From Octopus sinensis (lineage: Eukaryota), in contig NC_042998.1 in NCBI RefSeq assembly GCF_006345805.1, forward strand, positions 183,334,001 to 183,398,000: DNA of 64,000 bases, given 5' to 3'. Positions 11,849 through 24,779 of the stretch are shown piece after piece; position 1 is the stretch's first letter, and each line of letters starts with the position of its first letter. The translations under genes were made by a program, and so were the position numbers. Under the pieces are notes generated by a model that saw only the letters and a program-made list of their open reading frames with translations, made no database searches and was not told the origin of the DNA.

Positions 11849-12223
11849 TTACTCTTTACTCTTTTTACTCTTTTACTTGTTTCAGTCATTTGACTGTGGC
11901 CATGCTGGAGCACCGCCTTTAGTCGAGCAAATTAACCCCGGGACTTATTCTTTATAAGCCTAGTACTTATTCTATCGGTTTCTTTTGCCGAACCGCTAAG
12001 TTACGGGGACAGAAACACACCAGCGGACAAACACACACACATATATATGTATACATATATATGATGGGCTTCTTTCAGTTTCCATCTACCAAATCCACTC
12101 ACACGGCTTTGGTTGGCCCAAGGCTATAGTAGAAGACACTTGCCCAAGATGCCACGCAGTGGGACTGAACCCGGAACCATGTGGTTGGTAAGCAAGCTAC
12201 TTACCACACAGCCACTCCTGCAC
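11849..12223 (-). mobile_element. SINE family B
   Basis: Same family, shortened interior. Confidence 0.87.
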
Positions 12224-13169
12224 CTATTAAAAATTATCAAAAGCATACACAAACTCTCTCAATTGAATACTACTGCAAAGAAGACTGGTATTTTCCTCTA
12301 AAAAAAGTTATTCTATATCTAGCAGACCAATAATGAAAGGGTTCCATCAGTGACCATCCTATCTTATAATCAACCATAGCATTTTTAGGACTATGTAAAC
12401 CAATGCATCCCTCTTTTGATAATGCCATGTCTACATAGAGTTTAACAAATATTTTCCTGATCACACGAAATCCTTTATACTCAGAAGTTTCAATGAACTG
12501 AAAGTTGAACTACTTTGGAATAAATACCACCTTAAATATAAACATGACCAGCATTAACTTAATTATATGCATAATATACATTATTCTCAATATACAATAT
12601 CCATAGTAATGGTTTCACTCCTTGCTATAACACTATCATCTTCACATCTCCTTAAGACTTAAGGACTTTATAACCTGAGTAGATCAAACATTTTCAAGGA
12701 TACCTTCACTATCGGTTCAATTCTGTTGTTTCACATCATCATCACAGGACTTCTTATAGCAGAGAAGGTACCACTAGGTAAATGACCAAATCACCACTTT
12801 TGTCTCATACTTGGTTGTATCAAGTAGCTTGAGTTTAGACTTGATTTAGTTTCATGAGCCAAAATTCCAATCCCATTTTTTGCAAAGTATAGCAGTGTTG
12901 TTTCCAACTTGTATCACAAAGTTTGTCACTTCTGAGGTCTAACACACTATTCTCCAATGTGCTGATCTGTGGAATGGGATACAGACATCCCATCAAAATA
13001 AAAAGACTTTCAAACCACTTCCTGTGAGGAGTCTTACAATAACTGAGCAATAGCTGAGGTAAAACTAACTCAAACTTTTTCTATGGAGGGAAAGAGAACA
13101 TCTTCAATCCTATTTTAATTATTTAAGCAATCCACTTCGCAATGGCTTTTTAAATTTTCTTTTTTTTTC

Positions 13170-13593
13170 TTTTTACTTGTTTCAGTCATTTGACTACGGC
13201 CATGCTGGAGCACCACATTTAGTAAAAGAAGTCGACCCCAAGACATTCTTTGTAAGCCGAGTACTTATTTTATCGGTCTCTTTTGCTGAACCGCTAATTT
13301 ACAGGGACATAAACACACCAGCATTGGTTGTCAAGCAATGTTGGGGGACAAACACAGACACACACATACATACATACACACACATATATATATATATATA
13401 TATATGTGTATATGTATATATATATATATACGACGAGCTTCTTTCAGTTTCTGTCTACCAAATCCACTCACAAGGCTTTGGTCGGCCCAAGGCTATGGTA
13501 GAAGACACTTGCCCAAGGTGCCATGCAGTGGGACTGAATCTGGAATCATGTGGTTGGTAAGCAAGCTACTTACTACACAGCCGCTCCTGCGCC
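13170..13593 (-). mobile_element. SINE family B inside Gypsy integrase
   Basis: Same family. Confidence 0.87.
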
Positions 13594-14092
13594 TATAAAT
13601 GGTAATATTTTGTTAGGAAAGCTGCCAGGAATGCAAACAGTTTTCTGTAACAAATAATTTTCAAATGGATAGGCTTTATATGTGACCTGAGGACTCACAT
13701 ACATTTGGATCAGGTCTATGTTAGTAGCACTGGATTGATGCATGTTTTAATGGTTTTTTTTACAGGATGGCCAGAGGTTAATTGTGTTCCTAAGGAGGAG
13801 CTCGATCATAAAACAGGTGTTACAAGCAATTCTCTCTTGGAATGATGAACCCATGACCTCAGTGTCAGGCTGTATAATGGAATTTCACGATAATCCTTGT
13901 TTTTTGTCACAGAAAACTGTTTGCATTCCTAGTCCTTGATATCACATGAATAGCCAGGCCACCAAACTTCAAACAGCATGAATCGGTAATGCCACAATAG
14001 ATATCATCACAAAATCATTTTAATGATTTTTCTGCTTAGACACATTTGGAGAACAGTAAAATCACCATTGTGAAAAATGTTGTTAATCTATA

Positions 14093-14489
14093 CTCTCTTT
14101 ACTTGTTTCAGTCATTTGACTGTGGCCATGCTGGAGCACTGCCTTTAGTCGAGCAAATCGACCCCAGAACTTATTCTTTGTAAGCCTAGTACTTATTCTA
14201 TCGGTCTCTTTGCCGAACAGCTAAGTTACGGGGACGTAAACACACCAGCATCGGTTGTCAAGTGATGTTGGGGGGACAAACACAGACACACAAACATATA
14301 CACACATACATATATATATATATATATGACGAGCTTCTTTCAGTTTCCGTCTACCAAATCCACTCACAAGGTTTTGGTCGGCCCGAGGCCATAGTAGAAG
14401 ACACTTGCCCAAGGTGCCACACAATGGGACTGAACCTGGAACCATGTGGTTGGTAAGCAAGCTACTTACCACACAGCCACTCCAACGCA
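14093..14489 (-). mobile_element. SINE family B inside Gypsy pol
   Basis: Same family. Confidence 0.88.
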
Positions 14490-14789
14490 TATGTTTAACA
14501 TGCTTATAGAGTCTTTCAGCATTGGACCTGTTACTTCAGACACTCCTTTGCATTCTGGAAATGATTTTGCCCAGTATCTGAAGCTAATCAATTAAGATGC
14601 AATTAGTCAGTTCCTATCAAGGGTATGAATTTATTAACATTATCCTAACTAATGTCTTTTGTTGCAATCTAAAACATAATTGTGAGAGTATGTTGATGTG
14701 AGGAATATTTCCTTTAACATATGTGATATGAAAATCAAATGCTATGAGCTGCAAGGCCCATCTCAGTATACTTCTGATGTTCATTACCC

Positions 14790-15025
14790 TCATCATCATC
14801 ATCATTGTTCAACCGTGGTCGAGACAATGGAATTTACCATGCTACGCCAGACTTCATGGTCCATCATAGCATTACGGAGGTGTTGCTGCTGGATGCCTGT
14901 ATCCCTGGAGATTACATCAGGAGAGTGTGCGCCCTCTGGTATTGCGAGTGGATGGCTTTCAGAGGAGAAGAGTAGAAATTGCCTTGTTTTCAGCTCTACA
15001 ATAATGTCCAGCAAACTGGACTCCC
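14790..15025 (-). mobile_element. 5'-truncated RTE-clade LINE 3' end
   Basis: (ATG)n tail; encodes ..DVISRDTGIQQQHLRNAMMDHEVWRSMVNSIVSTTVEQ; inserted within Gypsy RNase H. Confidence 0.8.
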
Positions 15026-15737
15026 TGGTTAAAGATGAATTCAAATGCTCTGATTAATATAAGTAGGTATTTTCTACCAAGTAGAAGAATGATATGCATG
15101 GTTTGTGGGATATACAATTGCTAAAGCCTTTCTCTAAATACTCGAACAATTTGACTCATCAGAAGTTAACCTCCTTGATGAATACAGCATCAGGTAGTTT
15201 TCTGGCAATAAACTTTCCGGTATGGAATTTTCACTAACATTAGTCATGAAACATCGAACATCCACACAATTGAAATTTCAGTGAATGTCCATTTTAAATT
15301 CCCAAACATCTGTTGCTGAACATTTTTCCAAAGAATTTTGACATTTTTCTTGTACAATTTTATAATTCCTTCAAAAGAAAAACAACATCATTTCTTGTTG
15401 TTGCATGAATTTTACACATCCATTGAGTAATATATTTCCCCAACTGAACTGATCCAACAATTTTTATCTATAGGATATATGGTCTTATTACGTCTCCTTT
15501 ACGTTAGTTCCTCTTAAATTCGATCATTTTGACTGAGCTCATTAAACACACAATATTTAGACTTATCTTGAAGATAATACAGTAATTTTACAATGAAGTC
15601 TTTATGCAGAGACATAAATCAGGTTCAGTCTACAATGATCTATTTCTTTTTCAATTTCACATTATTCCTTATTGTTTCCTGTATTTTATTGAAATGCAGG
15701 TCTTTTACTTGTTTTGGATGAGCCATTAGTGAGCCAT

Positions 15738-16220
15738 CATCATCATCATTGTTCGACCGTGGTTGAGACAATGGAATTTACCATGCTATGCCAGACTTCA
15801 CGGTCCATCATAGCACTACGTAGGTCCTGTTGCTGGATGCCTGTATCCCTGGAGATTACATCAGGGTAAGAGAGTGTGTGCCCTCTGGTATCGCATGTAG
15901 ATGGCTTCCAGAGGAGAAGAGTAGAAACTGCTTCGTTTTCAGCTCAACAACAATGTCCAGCAAACTGGACTCTCCTACCTTTCACAAGAGATGACACAGG
16001 TGGTAGTTTCCCATATATTTGCATTTTGGTTGGATGACGCTTCCATGAGAGATTTTGAGCTCTCATAAGGAGGCGAGTGTAGGTTCCATCCAACCACCTC
16101 TCAAGCTTCTTTGATAACGTCCAGGTTTCTGACCATATAGTAGAATTGGTTCGACTGTGGCTTTGATGATTTTAAGTTTGAAGTCTCTACTTAGATTTGA
16201 TGATCAGATCTTATGCATAT
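15738..16220 (-). mobile_element. 5'-truncated RTE-clade LINE (same family, longer)
   Basis: KLKIIKATVEPILLYG and RVQFAGHC-type C-terminal motifs (frameshifted); (ATG)n tail; about 85-90% similar by eye to 14790-15025. Confidence 0.82.
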
Positions 16221-16859
16221 CATTACTAAGTCAGCCACTTAACATAGCTTCAATACAAATCATTAACAAAAACATGTTATTTTCTTTGGATCCTTATATT
16301 CCTCGTTATCCTTCAATATTTTTGTTCTAGCATTGCCAGCAAAACATTTTACCCATATTTCAATAAGGACAGGATCAGTCAGCACTAATTCAAATCCTAC
16401 TGGCAATATTGTTGTAGTATTCAGAAGTTAATAAATAGTCAAATTTACATTTTGGAAGTCTCAGTCATCTAATACGTCAAACACAAAAAGCAGCATGTAC
16501 CATGACATATTTGTATGATAAAATATTCATAATAGCAGTTTTACATCTTCACAAGATGACAGATGTGATTAGCTGCTATTCTGAGCAGCTTGAACGACCG
16601 GGAAGAGCAGTGTTTCCTCAACTTTGTCACTCTAGCATCTCTTTGATGACAAGAGGAATCAGCCAGCACCCACTTTAAATCTTACTTAGAAGTGTACAAA
16701 GGCAGGTGAAATTTAATTTTAATTCTCAACATCCCTTGAAATAAATCTTAACATTCCAGGCTGAAGAACACTGCCTCCTGCAGTTGTAGTTGTTTAGTCC
16801 AACAAAACCTCTGACTAACCAAGCCTACAAAAAAATTTTTTCTACTCTTGGCACAAGTC

Positions 16860-17200
16860 CCGAATTTTTTATTAGATCGATTCCAGCGCGTAACTGGTAC
16901 TTAATTTATCGACCCCGAAAGGATGAAAGGCAAAGTAAACCTCGGCGAAATTTGAACTCGGAACGTAACGGCAGACGAAATACCTATTTACTTACTACCC
17001 ACAAGGGGCTAAACACAGAGGGGACAAACAAGGACAGACAAACAGATTAAGTTGATTACATCGACCTTAGTGCGCAACTGGTACTTAATTTATCGACCTC
17101 GAAAGGATGAAAGGCAAAGTCGGCCTCGGCGGAATTTGAACTCAGAACATAACGGCAGACGAAATACCGCTAAGCATTTCGCCCGGCGGAAAGATATTCG
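16860..17200 (-). mobile_element. Two nested/tandem SINE family A copies
   Basis: Core GGTACTTAATTTATCGAC..GAAAGGATGAAAGGCAAAG occurs twice. Confidence 0.85.
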
Positions 17201-17299
17201 AGTCAAAACCACCCTATATTTATCCCAAGTACAGTGCATCTTGACTATTATCTGATGTAGTTTTTTTTTTTAAGACATTAATGAGTCGATTGAGGGAAA

Positions 17300-20000
17300 T
17301 CTGACTGCTATTTTAGTAAGTCAAACAATCGTTTTTCAGCTGGGAGCAAGCTTAATGGAGCAAACCTTTTGTAAGCAGCCTTCTTGCTTTGACCATTCCG
17401 TCCTTATCAGCCATAGTGTACCTAAGACTACATTATCCAGTGTGTGTTTTATGATAGTAGGGTGTGTGATTCGACACAGAATGGATTGCTATTTATAGCA
17501 GCTCGATCGACCTCATATGGGTTACGGGTGAATGGAAATAAATCACAACAAAGTCACAATTTTGGTTAGAGAAAAAGTCACAGGAAAATATAACGTTACA
17601 TTTAAATACCATAAATAATAATTATATAGCAATAATTAGTCAGTAAAGAAGAAACTTAAAATACTAATTTAAACGACAATAACAATTACAACAGAAATAG
17701 TAAAGGTTATTGTTGTTGCCTATAAAATATTTAAGTCGATTATTAAGAATATATGACTTGTACACAATGACAATTTATAGAAGAGTTTTAGACCTATGTA
17801 AAAAGACAATCACTGTGTGTTTAGTAACTTTTTCTCCTGGATTCGAGTTTCGTACGTTGGTTCGAAGTTAAGCATATCAATGGGGAGGTCAACAAACTTC
17901 ACGTCTTTTGGTGAGTACTCTATCAGTAAGTGATAGTTTTTGATCCTATGAAATACATTCAAATACACAGGATCGATAAACATCAGGTTTTAATGAGATA
18001 GCCAAATATATTTAAAATTTTATTTTGAAAGCTGTATGTAAACTTAAAAATAAGCAAATATTAAACAGTTTACTGGATAACTGGCGACAAAATATATATA
18101 ATCTATTGGTATAATCGTAATTATTGTGGTGGTCGTCGTCGGGGAGACGTAACATCCGAACGAATAAAGTTAACGACCTGTTTTCGATTCCCGACTTGTT
18201 ACCATTTCTGTTTATCTACGTCAGTAATGTCCTTGAGGAAAAGCATCCTTATAAAATTAAGTAAAATTAAGATCTTGATAAAATAATTATTTCAATGTTA
18301 GGAATAATAAATAATAACTGTTGAATAAGAGGTGAGCTATCAACAGTTCAATTACTAAAACCAGGTTCGATTCCAGATAGAACCAATTTTATTTCACTTC
18401 CACTGTTAATGGTTTTGAAAATACTCGAACTGTACATAGCTTAGCATTTCCCATTCTCTGGGTGTATTAGGTTTCATATTTATGTAAGGAGCAATTAGTA
18501 TTTATTTCCAATTGTATTACTGCGTATCACTTGTCTTATCCCCTATTGAGAGTTAGATCTAGGTCAAGTTGACTGTAAAATGCAGCATGTGGCATTCAGT
18601 AGGTGTAGTCCGTTAGCCGTCCTGTTTACTATCTCTCCACTATAGGAAGGACTCTTTAATATTACGAAACCAAAGATAGTCTATTTTGTATTTCAAAGCA
18701 ACATGGTAGCATTTTGAATCCCAGCTAGATCGATAGCCCTTTACTGAGATGTAAAACATGTGTTTAACATTTTTTTGTGATATGCACAACACTGCAGTAT
18801 ATCTACTTGTCTTACCAGGTATTTACAAAATTTTTATATGTTATTGTCGCTTATAAAGTCGACTGTGAATGCAAATAACAACGTGCAGTAGTCGGATCGC
18901 ATCGCAAGAGTATTACGTTTGTGTGCTTTGTATATCTAAATATTATGAGTTTATAATGTTTTGCAGTTTATTTATTATACCCACGTATTGGAACACAGTT
19001 TCTCCTTACATTGTTGTTGTTTTTAGACACACGTTTGGCGTTTATTTTGTTGAACTCTGTCCGATTCATTGATGTTTATGGATGTAAATAAACCACGCCA
19101 AAATTTGTCTTAACATTTCTATTAGGTGCCAATGAAATTACTTAATAACTGTTTGGTTACATCACTATATGAAATCAGTAATGTTGGTAACCCGTTTCCC
19201 GTTATGTAACTCTAAGTTTTTAATACGGAAGTGTATATTTAGTTAAATGCAATTTATTCTACAACTTCTACGGGTAACTTTTCACTACGGTCTTTAATAG
19301 TCGCTGTTATGTTTCTCTCATGTAACAAGTAAATTTAATTATAACTTATTTTGGTTTAAATCAGCGAAACTTAACTGCATCAGAAGCATTATTCTAGGAT
19401 ATCTTCCAATTCTTCTGTGCGATCTCTTTTTGACATTAGATATGTTATTATATAAAATGTAGTGCTTGACAATTAACTACACGTTAATTAAAAGTTCGGT
19501 AATTTGTACTGTATATTTACTGTAAGTTTCTTTTAAACGAAAATATGTATATTTGGAGTGAAGAATATGGATGTTTATAATGTTTACGTTTATTTTGGAA
19601 AGAAAGCTTTCTTTTTATTTTTTAAGCATGTTTTGACATCTGTCATTAGCCTTTGTAACTTAGCATAGTTTTAGTCAACATTAAATTATTTATTTTTAAT
19701 TCTTTATGCTGATTTTAAAAGGTAGGTTTATTTCGGAACACGCAAGCAAACTCTAACCTATAAAATGTTTTTTAAAATATTCGACCTAGTCATGTAAATA
19801 TCATGGAATATTTTTTTATATGTTACGACTTTCAGAGAACAAGAACTGGCTTCTTAGGTGTCAAAAATAACTTTTTTCTCTCTAAGTTTGACTACCTGCT
19901 AAATACATGTCTAATGTTACTAGATTATATCGCTTTCTTTTGTCATTCTGCCAATTTGCGGTCCACTTGGTTTGAACCACTTTTGCTTAACTAACTCTCC
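17300..20000. promoter_or_regulatory. Putative promoter / 5' region (CpG-rich, depleted of young SINEs)
   Basis: Visibly more CpG than the flanks; no copies of the young SINE families; candidate first-exon donor TTTG|GTGAGT at 17910/17911; ETS-like ACGGAAGTG at 19225-19233. Confidence 0.45.
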
Positions 20001-22446
20001 TTAAACAGAATTTTTGTTTTGTTTCGTTTTGTAATGATCATTTTTTCTTTTTCTTTATTTGTAAAGAAAATGTTTAAAATATTTCATAAGTAGTGTTTGT
20101 GGGTCTTTAATTGTATTACAATTTTTTTTCTACATAATTACAGTGTGTTTAAAACTAATTTAGCCACTGCTTTATCAGCAGTGACTTTTGTATTCTAACG
20201 TGAATTACCTATTAAATTGACTTTTGATACTTATACCAACAAATAGTCGTCCAAACACGCTTTTGTGAAAAGGATAAGATCAGTAAAATATAAGTTGTTT
20301 AGAATTGAACATATCTCTGCCCCATAATTACAGTTCATTGATTGCAGGAACCTGGGAACCATGCATTTTACTAGTCACTGATTGATGACTATTTTCTGAC
20401 CTTTCACTGATAGATAGGGTTTTGTTCTCTGACCTCCTAGAAAGCAATCAGTTAATTTATTTTTGTATATATAATTATGAGTTATAGATTATATTTTTCT
20501 CGGTAATTTCTGCGCTTATTTCTGATCTAGCTGTGTATTTGGATAATTCATCTTCACTGAATTTTTGGATCAAAACTTTTTTTTTTAAGCCTCTAAATAC
20601 TCTTGTGTTTATTTGTATTACTTCTGCTTACCTACATAAATGAATAACATAAGATCCAATTTATTAACGTTTCATCTGTGTCAATGTAATGCCAAATTAT
20701 TGACTTTACTTCAATTTCACAAAGATTGTTTGTAAAATCTTGAAACTGAAAACTTAATGGAATAAAACTTTATGGGCGTGCAACTGAATTTCTTTTGTGA
20801 GTAGATAGACAACAGAATGCCATTGAATATCATTGTTTCCTGCCCCATCTTTACTTGTTGAACAATCATTTTCTATTATGCAAATTCTAATCAATTAGAT
20901 CTTTTCATTTTTGCTATTAAAAGTACTGGGACTAATATATCATTGTGAAAGTTAGCAATTAAACATTAATTATTGTCAACATAGCCATTAGTTTTTCTGC
21001 ATATTTTCCCATTTAAATGTAGACTAATTATATTTATAATATCACCAGGTACAACTTTGTTCTCTTTGTAAATGTTGATTTCATAACATACTTTATAAAA
21101 TAGTGTTAACTTTGTGTTGATTTATGTACTTTTTGTGTGTTTTTCAATTCCAACACTTAATCAGAAATATAATTCAACTGAAGTTAATTCTTCAGGTGGC
21201 AAAGATACAGTGAAGTATAGTATCAGTGACCGGGTTGTAGATGTAAAATTAAAGACTTTGATACCAAAATAATATATAATATCATTATGAAAAAACAATA
21301 AAATGAAAGGGATTAATAAATGCATGCATGTTTCTAATATGCTAACATGACTCTTCCACAATAAAATTGCTAAGAATTAAGTCTGAAACAAATGCTGCTG
21401 AAATATGTTAGTACTTGGATTTTGTAAAGACTATTGGCTATAAGCTCATAATTTGAAATCATATTGCAATCTTTATAATTGGGTAAAGCACACTCTGATC
21501 TTACAAGTAACCTGGATGAAAGTTAAGGCTGTAGTGTTGGTAAAGTTATTGATATCATTTTATTTTTTCAAATACTCAAGCATGAAATCTGTAACTTCAT
21601 TTCAGGTTTTCTATTTTTGATTAGATTCAATTAATCATAAAACAACACCTAATAAAATTACATTGAAAGTGTCTTTCTTCCGATCTAAACCAAATAATCT
21701 GTCCTGTTTCATAATAAACCAATGTTCACCAATTTGTGATATATATTGAGCTATGTTACCAGCCTCTCAAATTCCCTACATAAAAGTTTGCATTCCTCTG
21801 AACTTCCTCTGTACTGTCCTTTATTCAACCCAGTTTGATCCACTCATTTCTTCCTAACATTGTCTCTGTTTCTCATGTCTAAAACCTCATATTCTTGATA
21901 ATAGCTTTCTTTTGAACCTACCTATTTGTTTCACTACCACAATCATCACCAACTTGTAGAATTTCAATTGAGCATTATCTATATTTTCTTCTTCAGTTTA
22001 ATAAAGCCTTTAAAATAGTCTAAACTCTGACCCAACCGGCAACATTCTTTCATATGAATTTATGAACTTTATATGGAAGAAGGTTGAGGTAGGGTTCTGT
22101 GAAGCACTAAGACTTAGTGTAGGCCCTACTTTTTATGTGACAATGATAACCTGCATATCTATTCTTACCTTATACTCAAATTGAAGTTACTATATATATT
22201 TGTGCATATATCTCTCTCTATGTATGTATGTATATATATATATATAGAGAGAGAGAGAGTGGATAGACAAGCAAAAGAAGAGTACTCAACACGTTTATTG
22301 AGAGTTACAAGTATAGGTCAAAACAGTTCAATTCAAACTCTGAGATTCAAGTGTGTGGCTAGTCTTCAGCCATTGGGGTCTGATTCAGAACCCCAATGCC
22401 CAAAGATTAGCTTGAAACTCAGAGTACCATGGAGTCTGAATGAAAC

Positions 22447-22510
<64 letters not shown>

Positions 22511-22790
22511 TGTATGTATAGCAATTGCAGTGTGGAAGCTATTTATAGCCATTTAAAAAAACACAAAAACTGTTAGATTCACTTCAACATTTCAATATAA
22601 TTTGTCAAAATATTTTCGTTGTGGTTTCAAAGTGACGAAAATATTTTGACAAATTAAATTTAAATGTTGAAGTGAATCTAACAGTTTTTGTGTTTTTTTA
22701 AATGGCTTATAAACACCTTCCATGCTGCAATTGTTTTTGTTTCAGCACATGATCTCAGATCAGGTCACATGCTATGCAAGTACATCTCTG

Positions 22791-22830
<40 letters not shown>

Positions 22831-23851
22831 CTTTTAAACTTGTATAATTTTATCTTTTTTTCTGATTTATATTCTGATTTTTTATTTTATCCTTTTTATC
22901 CTTTGTTTTTCATATGAGTTCTTTATAGTTTGTTTAGAACAGTAAATCTGTCAAATTTTTAGACTTTCCTTGACATATGCACAGCAGTTTAGATTCTTTT
23001 TTCATCTCTCACCATTTAATGATATGTATTATATGACTATAGGACATAATTTATCCATTAGTAACTCATTATTTTTTTTTTAATCTTTAATTACAGTCAT
23101 AAAAGAAGTAATATTGAAGGGTTTTTGCTGTTTTTAATTTCTCTATGAATATCATATTGGGCTCAAATTCGCAGCTGTTCACTGCGCCAGTGTATTACTC
23201 ATGAGAATATTAATTATTGCTGATATAGGCACGAAGCATCAAACTTTTAGGAGAGTGGTAGCTGTATTTTTTGCTTGTGTTTTAGCATTAGTAACATGAT
23301 AAAGCTACTCTGGCTAGGAGATATGGATTCAGTCACTGAATATTAAGTGCAACACAAATGCATTTTCATAGGGGATGCAACGCTAATATTAATAACTTGC
23401 ACCTTCGAAACAAACCTTCGAGTTGTGGAAAAGTGGGCTATTTATTAACCATATTTATTTGTACTTTATCAACCTGAAAAGCAGGGTTGATGCGATGTAA
23501 ATTTGGAATATGTGTAAAGGGATGCAATAAAATAATGTAAAATATTTTGCTTAACACGCTACCAGTTCTCCCTTCCGCCTTATTAATAATTATTTCTAAC
23601 ATAGATGCAAGGGATTGGTTAAGTTAATCATATCATGATTTGAACTCGGAACATAAAGAAACGCAACTAAATCTGCAGTTTATCTCACACTTTCCCGATT
23701 CGGCCTTCTACGTGATCCTTTTTTTTTTATGAGCTAGGGTTTTTTGTAAGGGAGATAAACAGCATTCTATATTTTAACTTTTAATTATTTCCCTTCGATA
23801 AATTTCTATTGTATATTAATGTCCCTTTAAATCATTGGAAAATATCTACAT

Positions 23852-24073
23852 CAATGGTTCTCAACCATTTTTTGGCTATGGATCTCTTTGATTCCTATTT
23901 TACTCGAGTTCCATTCTATGTTTTAAAAAGTTTATTGTATTTTCATATTTGAATATTATTAGGAATATTATAGAAAAATTAAAATATTTTGTTTTATTGT
24001 AGAAGTATATAAACCAGTTTATAGCACATAAACTTTACCAAAATCTTATAAGGACTCACGTTGAGAACGACTG
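23852..24073. mobile_element. hAT (Charlie-like) MITE, older
   Basis: CAATGGTTCTCAAC ... GTTGAGAACGACTG; flanks ATCTACAT / ATCTTGAT resemble the NTCTAGAN Charlie target. Confidence 0.75.
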
Positions 24074-24779
24074 ATCTTGATGAATCAATGTATTCTTGAA
24101 GACAAGAAGATCTATTTAAAATCCCAGGTTAGGAATATCTAATTATTCCTCACCTCACTAATTTGTTGTGAAAGGATGTGTATTATTACACTAGTGTGAA
24201 AAATTCGAAAAAACTGGCTTGTACAATTGTTGGCCAAAAAAAGATAAAAACAAAGCTATATAATTTTATTGATACAAACGCACACATTTTCAAGTGTGGA
24301 AAAATTAAACAATATATACCATACATTGTGGAACTTGTAAGTTAGCAGAGTTGAGGGATGTTTAGGTAACACAGGGAGTTGACACACTTTTTTTGGACAC
24401 CTGAAATATAGTACTTCAAGACACTTAGTGATAAACACACTTTTAGAGTAAAACAATGTAGACATGTGCATAATATTTCTGTTGTGATTTGTGTGTTTTG
24501 ACATTATTATTTGATTTTGGTTATTTTTTATGTTATTTAGAAAGAAGGTGTCAAAGCTCTGGTCTCAGTAGAAAGTATGTATCTTTTTGTTAGTGTGTTT
24601 TTCTAACTCATTTTGAAAATGTTTATGCTAAGGATGCTAGTTTGGTTTTGTAATGTGAGTATATTGAGATTGTTACTGTGACAAAGAGTAAAAATGTAAA
24701 AATTTAAGTAGTTTTTAATGAAAATTTTGTTAAAATCATGTGGCAATATTCTTTGCACAATAATACGACTCAGCTTTAG

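Larger units (their letters stand above)
12800..16500 (-). mobile_element. Decayed Gypsy/Ty3 LTR retrotransposon pol (RT-RNaseH-integrase), fragmented by later insertions
   Basis: Frameshifted motifs on -: KNVKILWKNVQQQMFGNLK (post-RT), YSSRRLTSDESNCSSI*RKALAIV and ILRWALQLIAFDFHITYVKG (RNase H), WWPGYSCDIK and LLLSYCKTPH (integrase); integrase core GWPEV..IIKQVLQAI on + (inverted block). Outer limits are approximate and LTRs were not identified. Confidence 0.8.
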
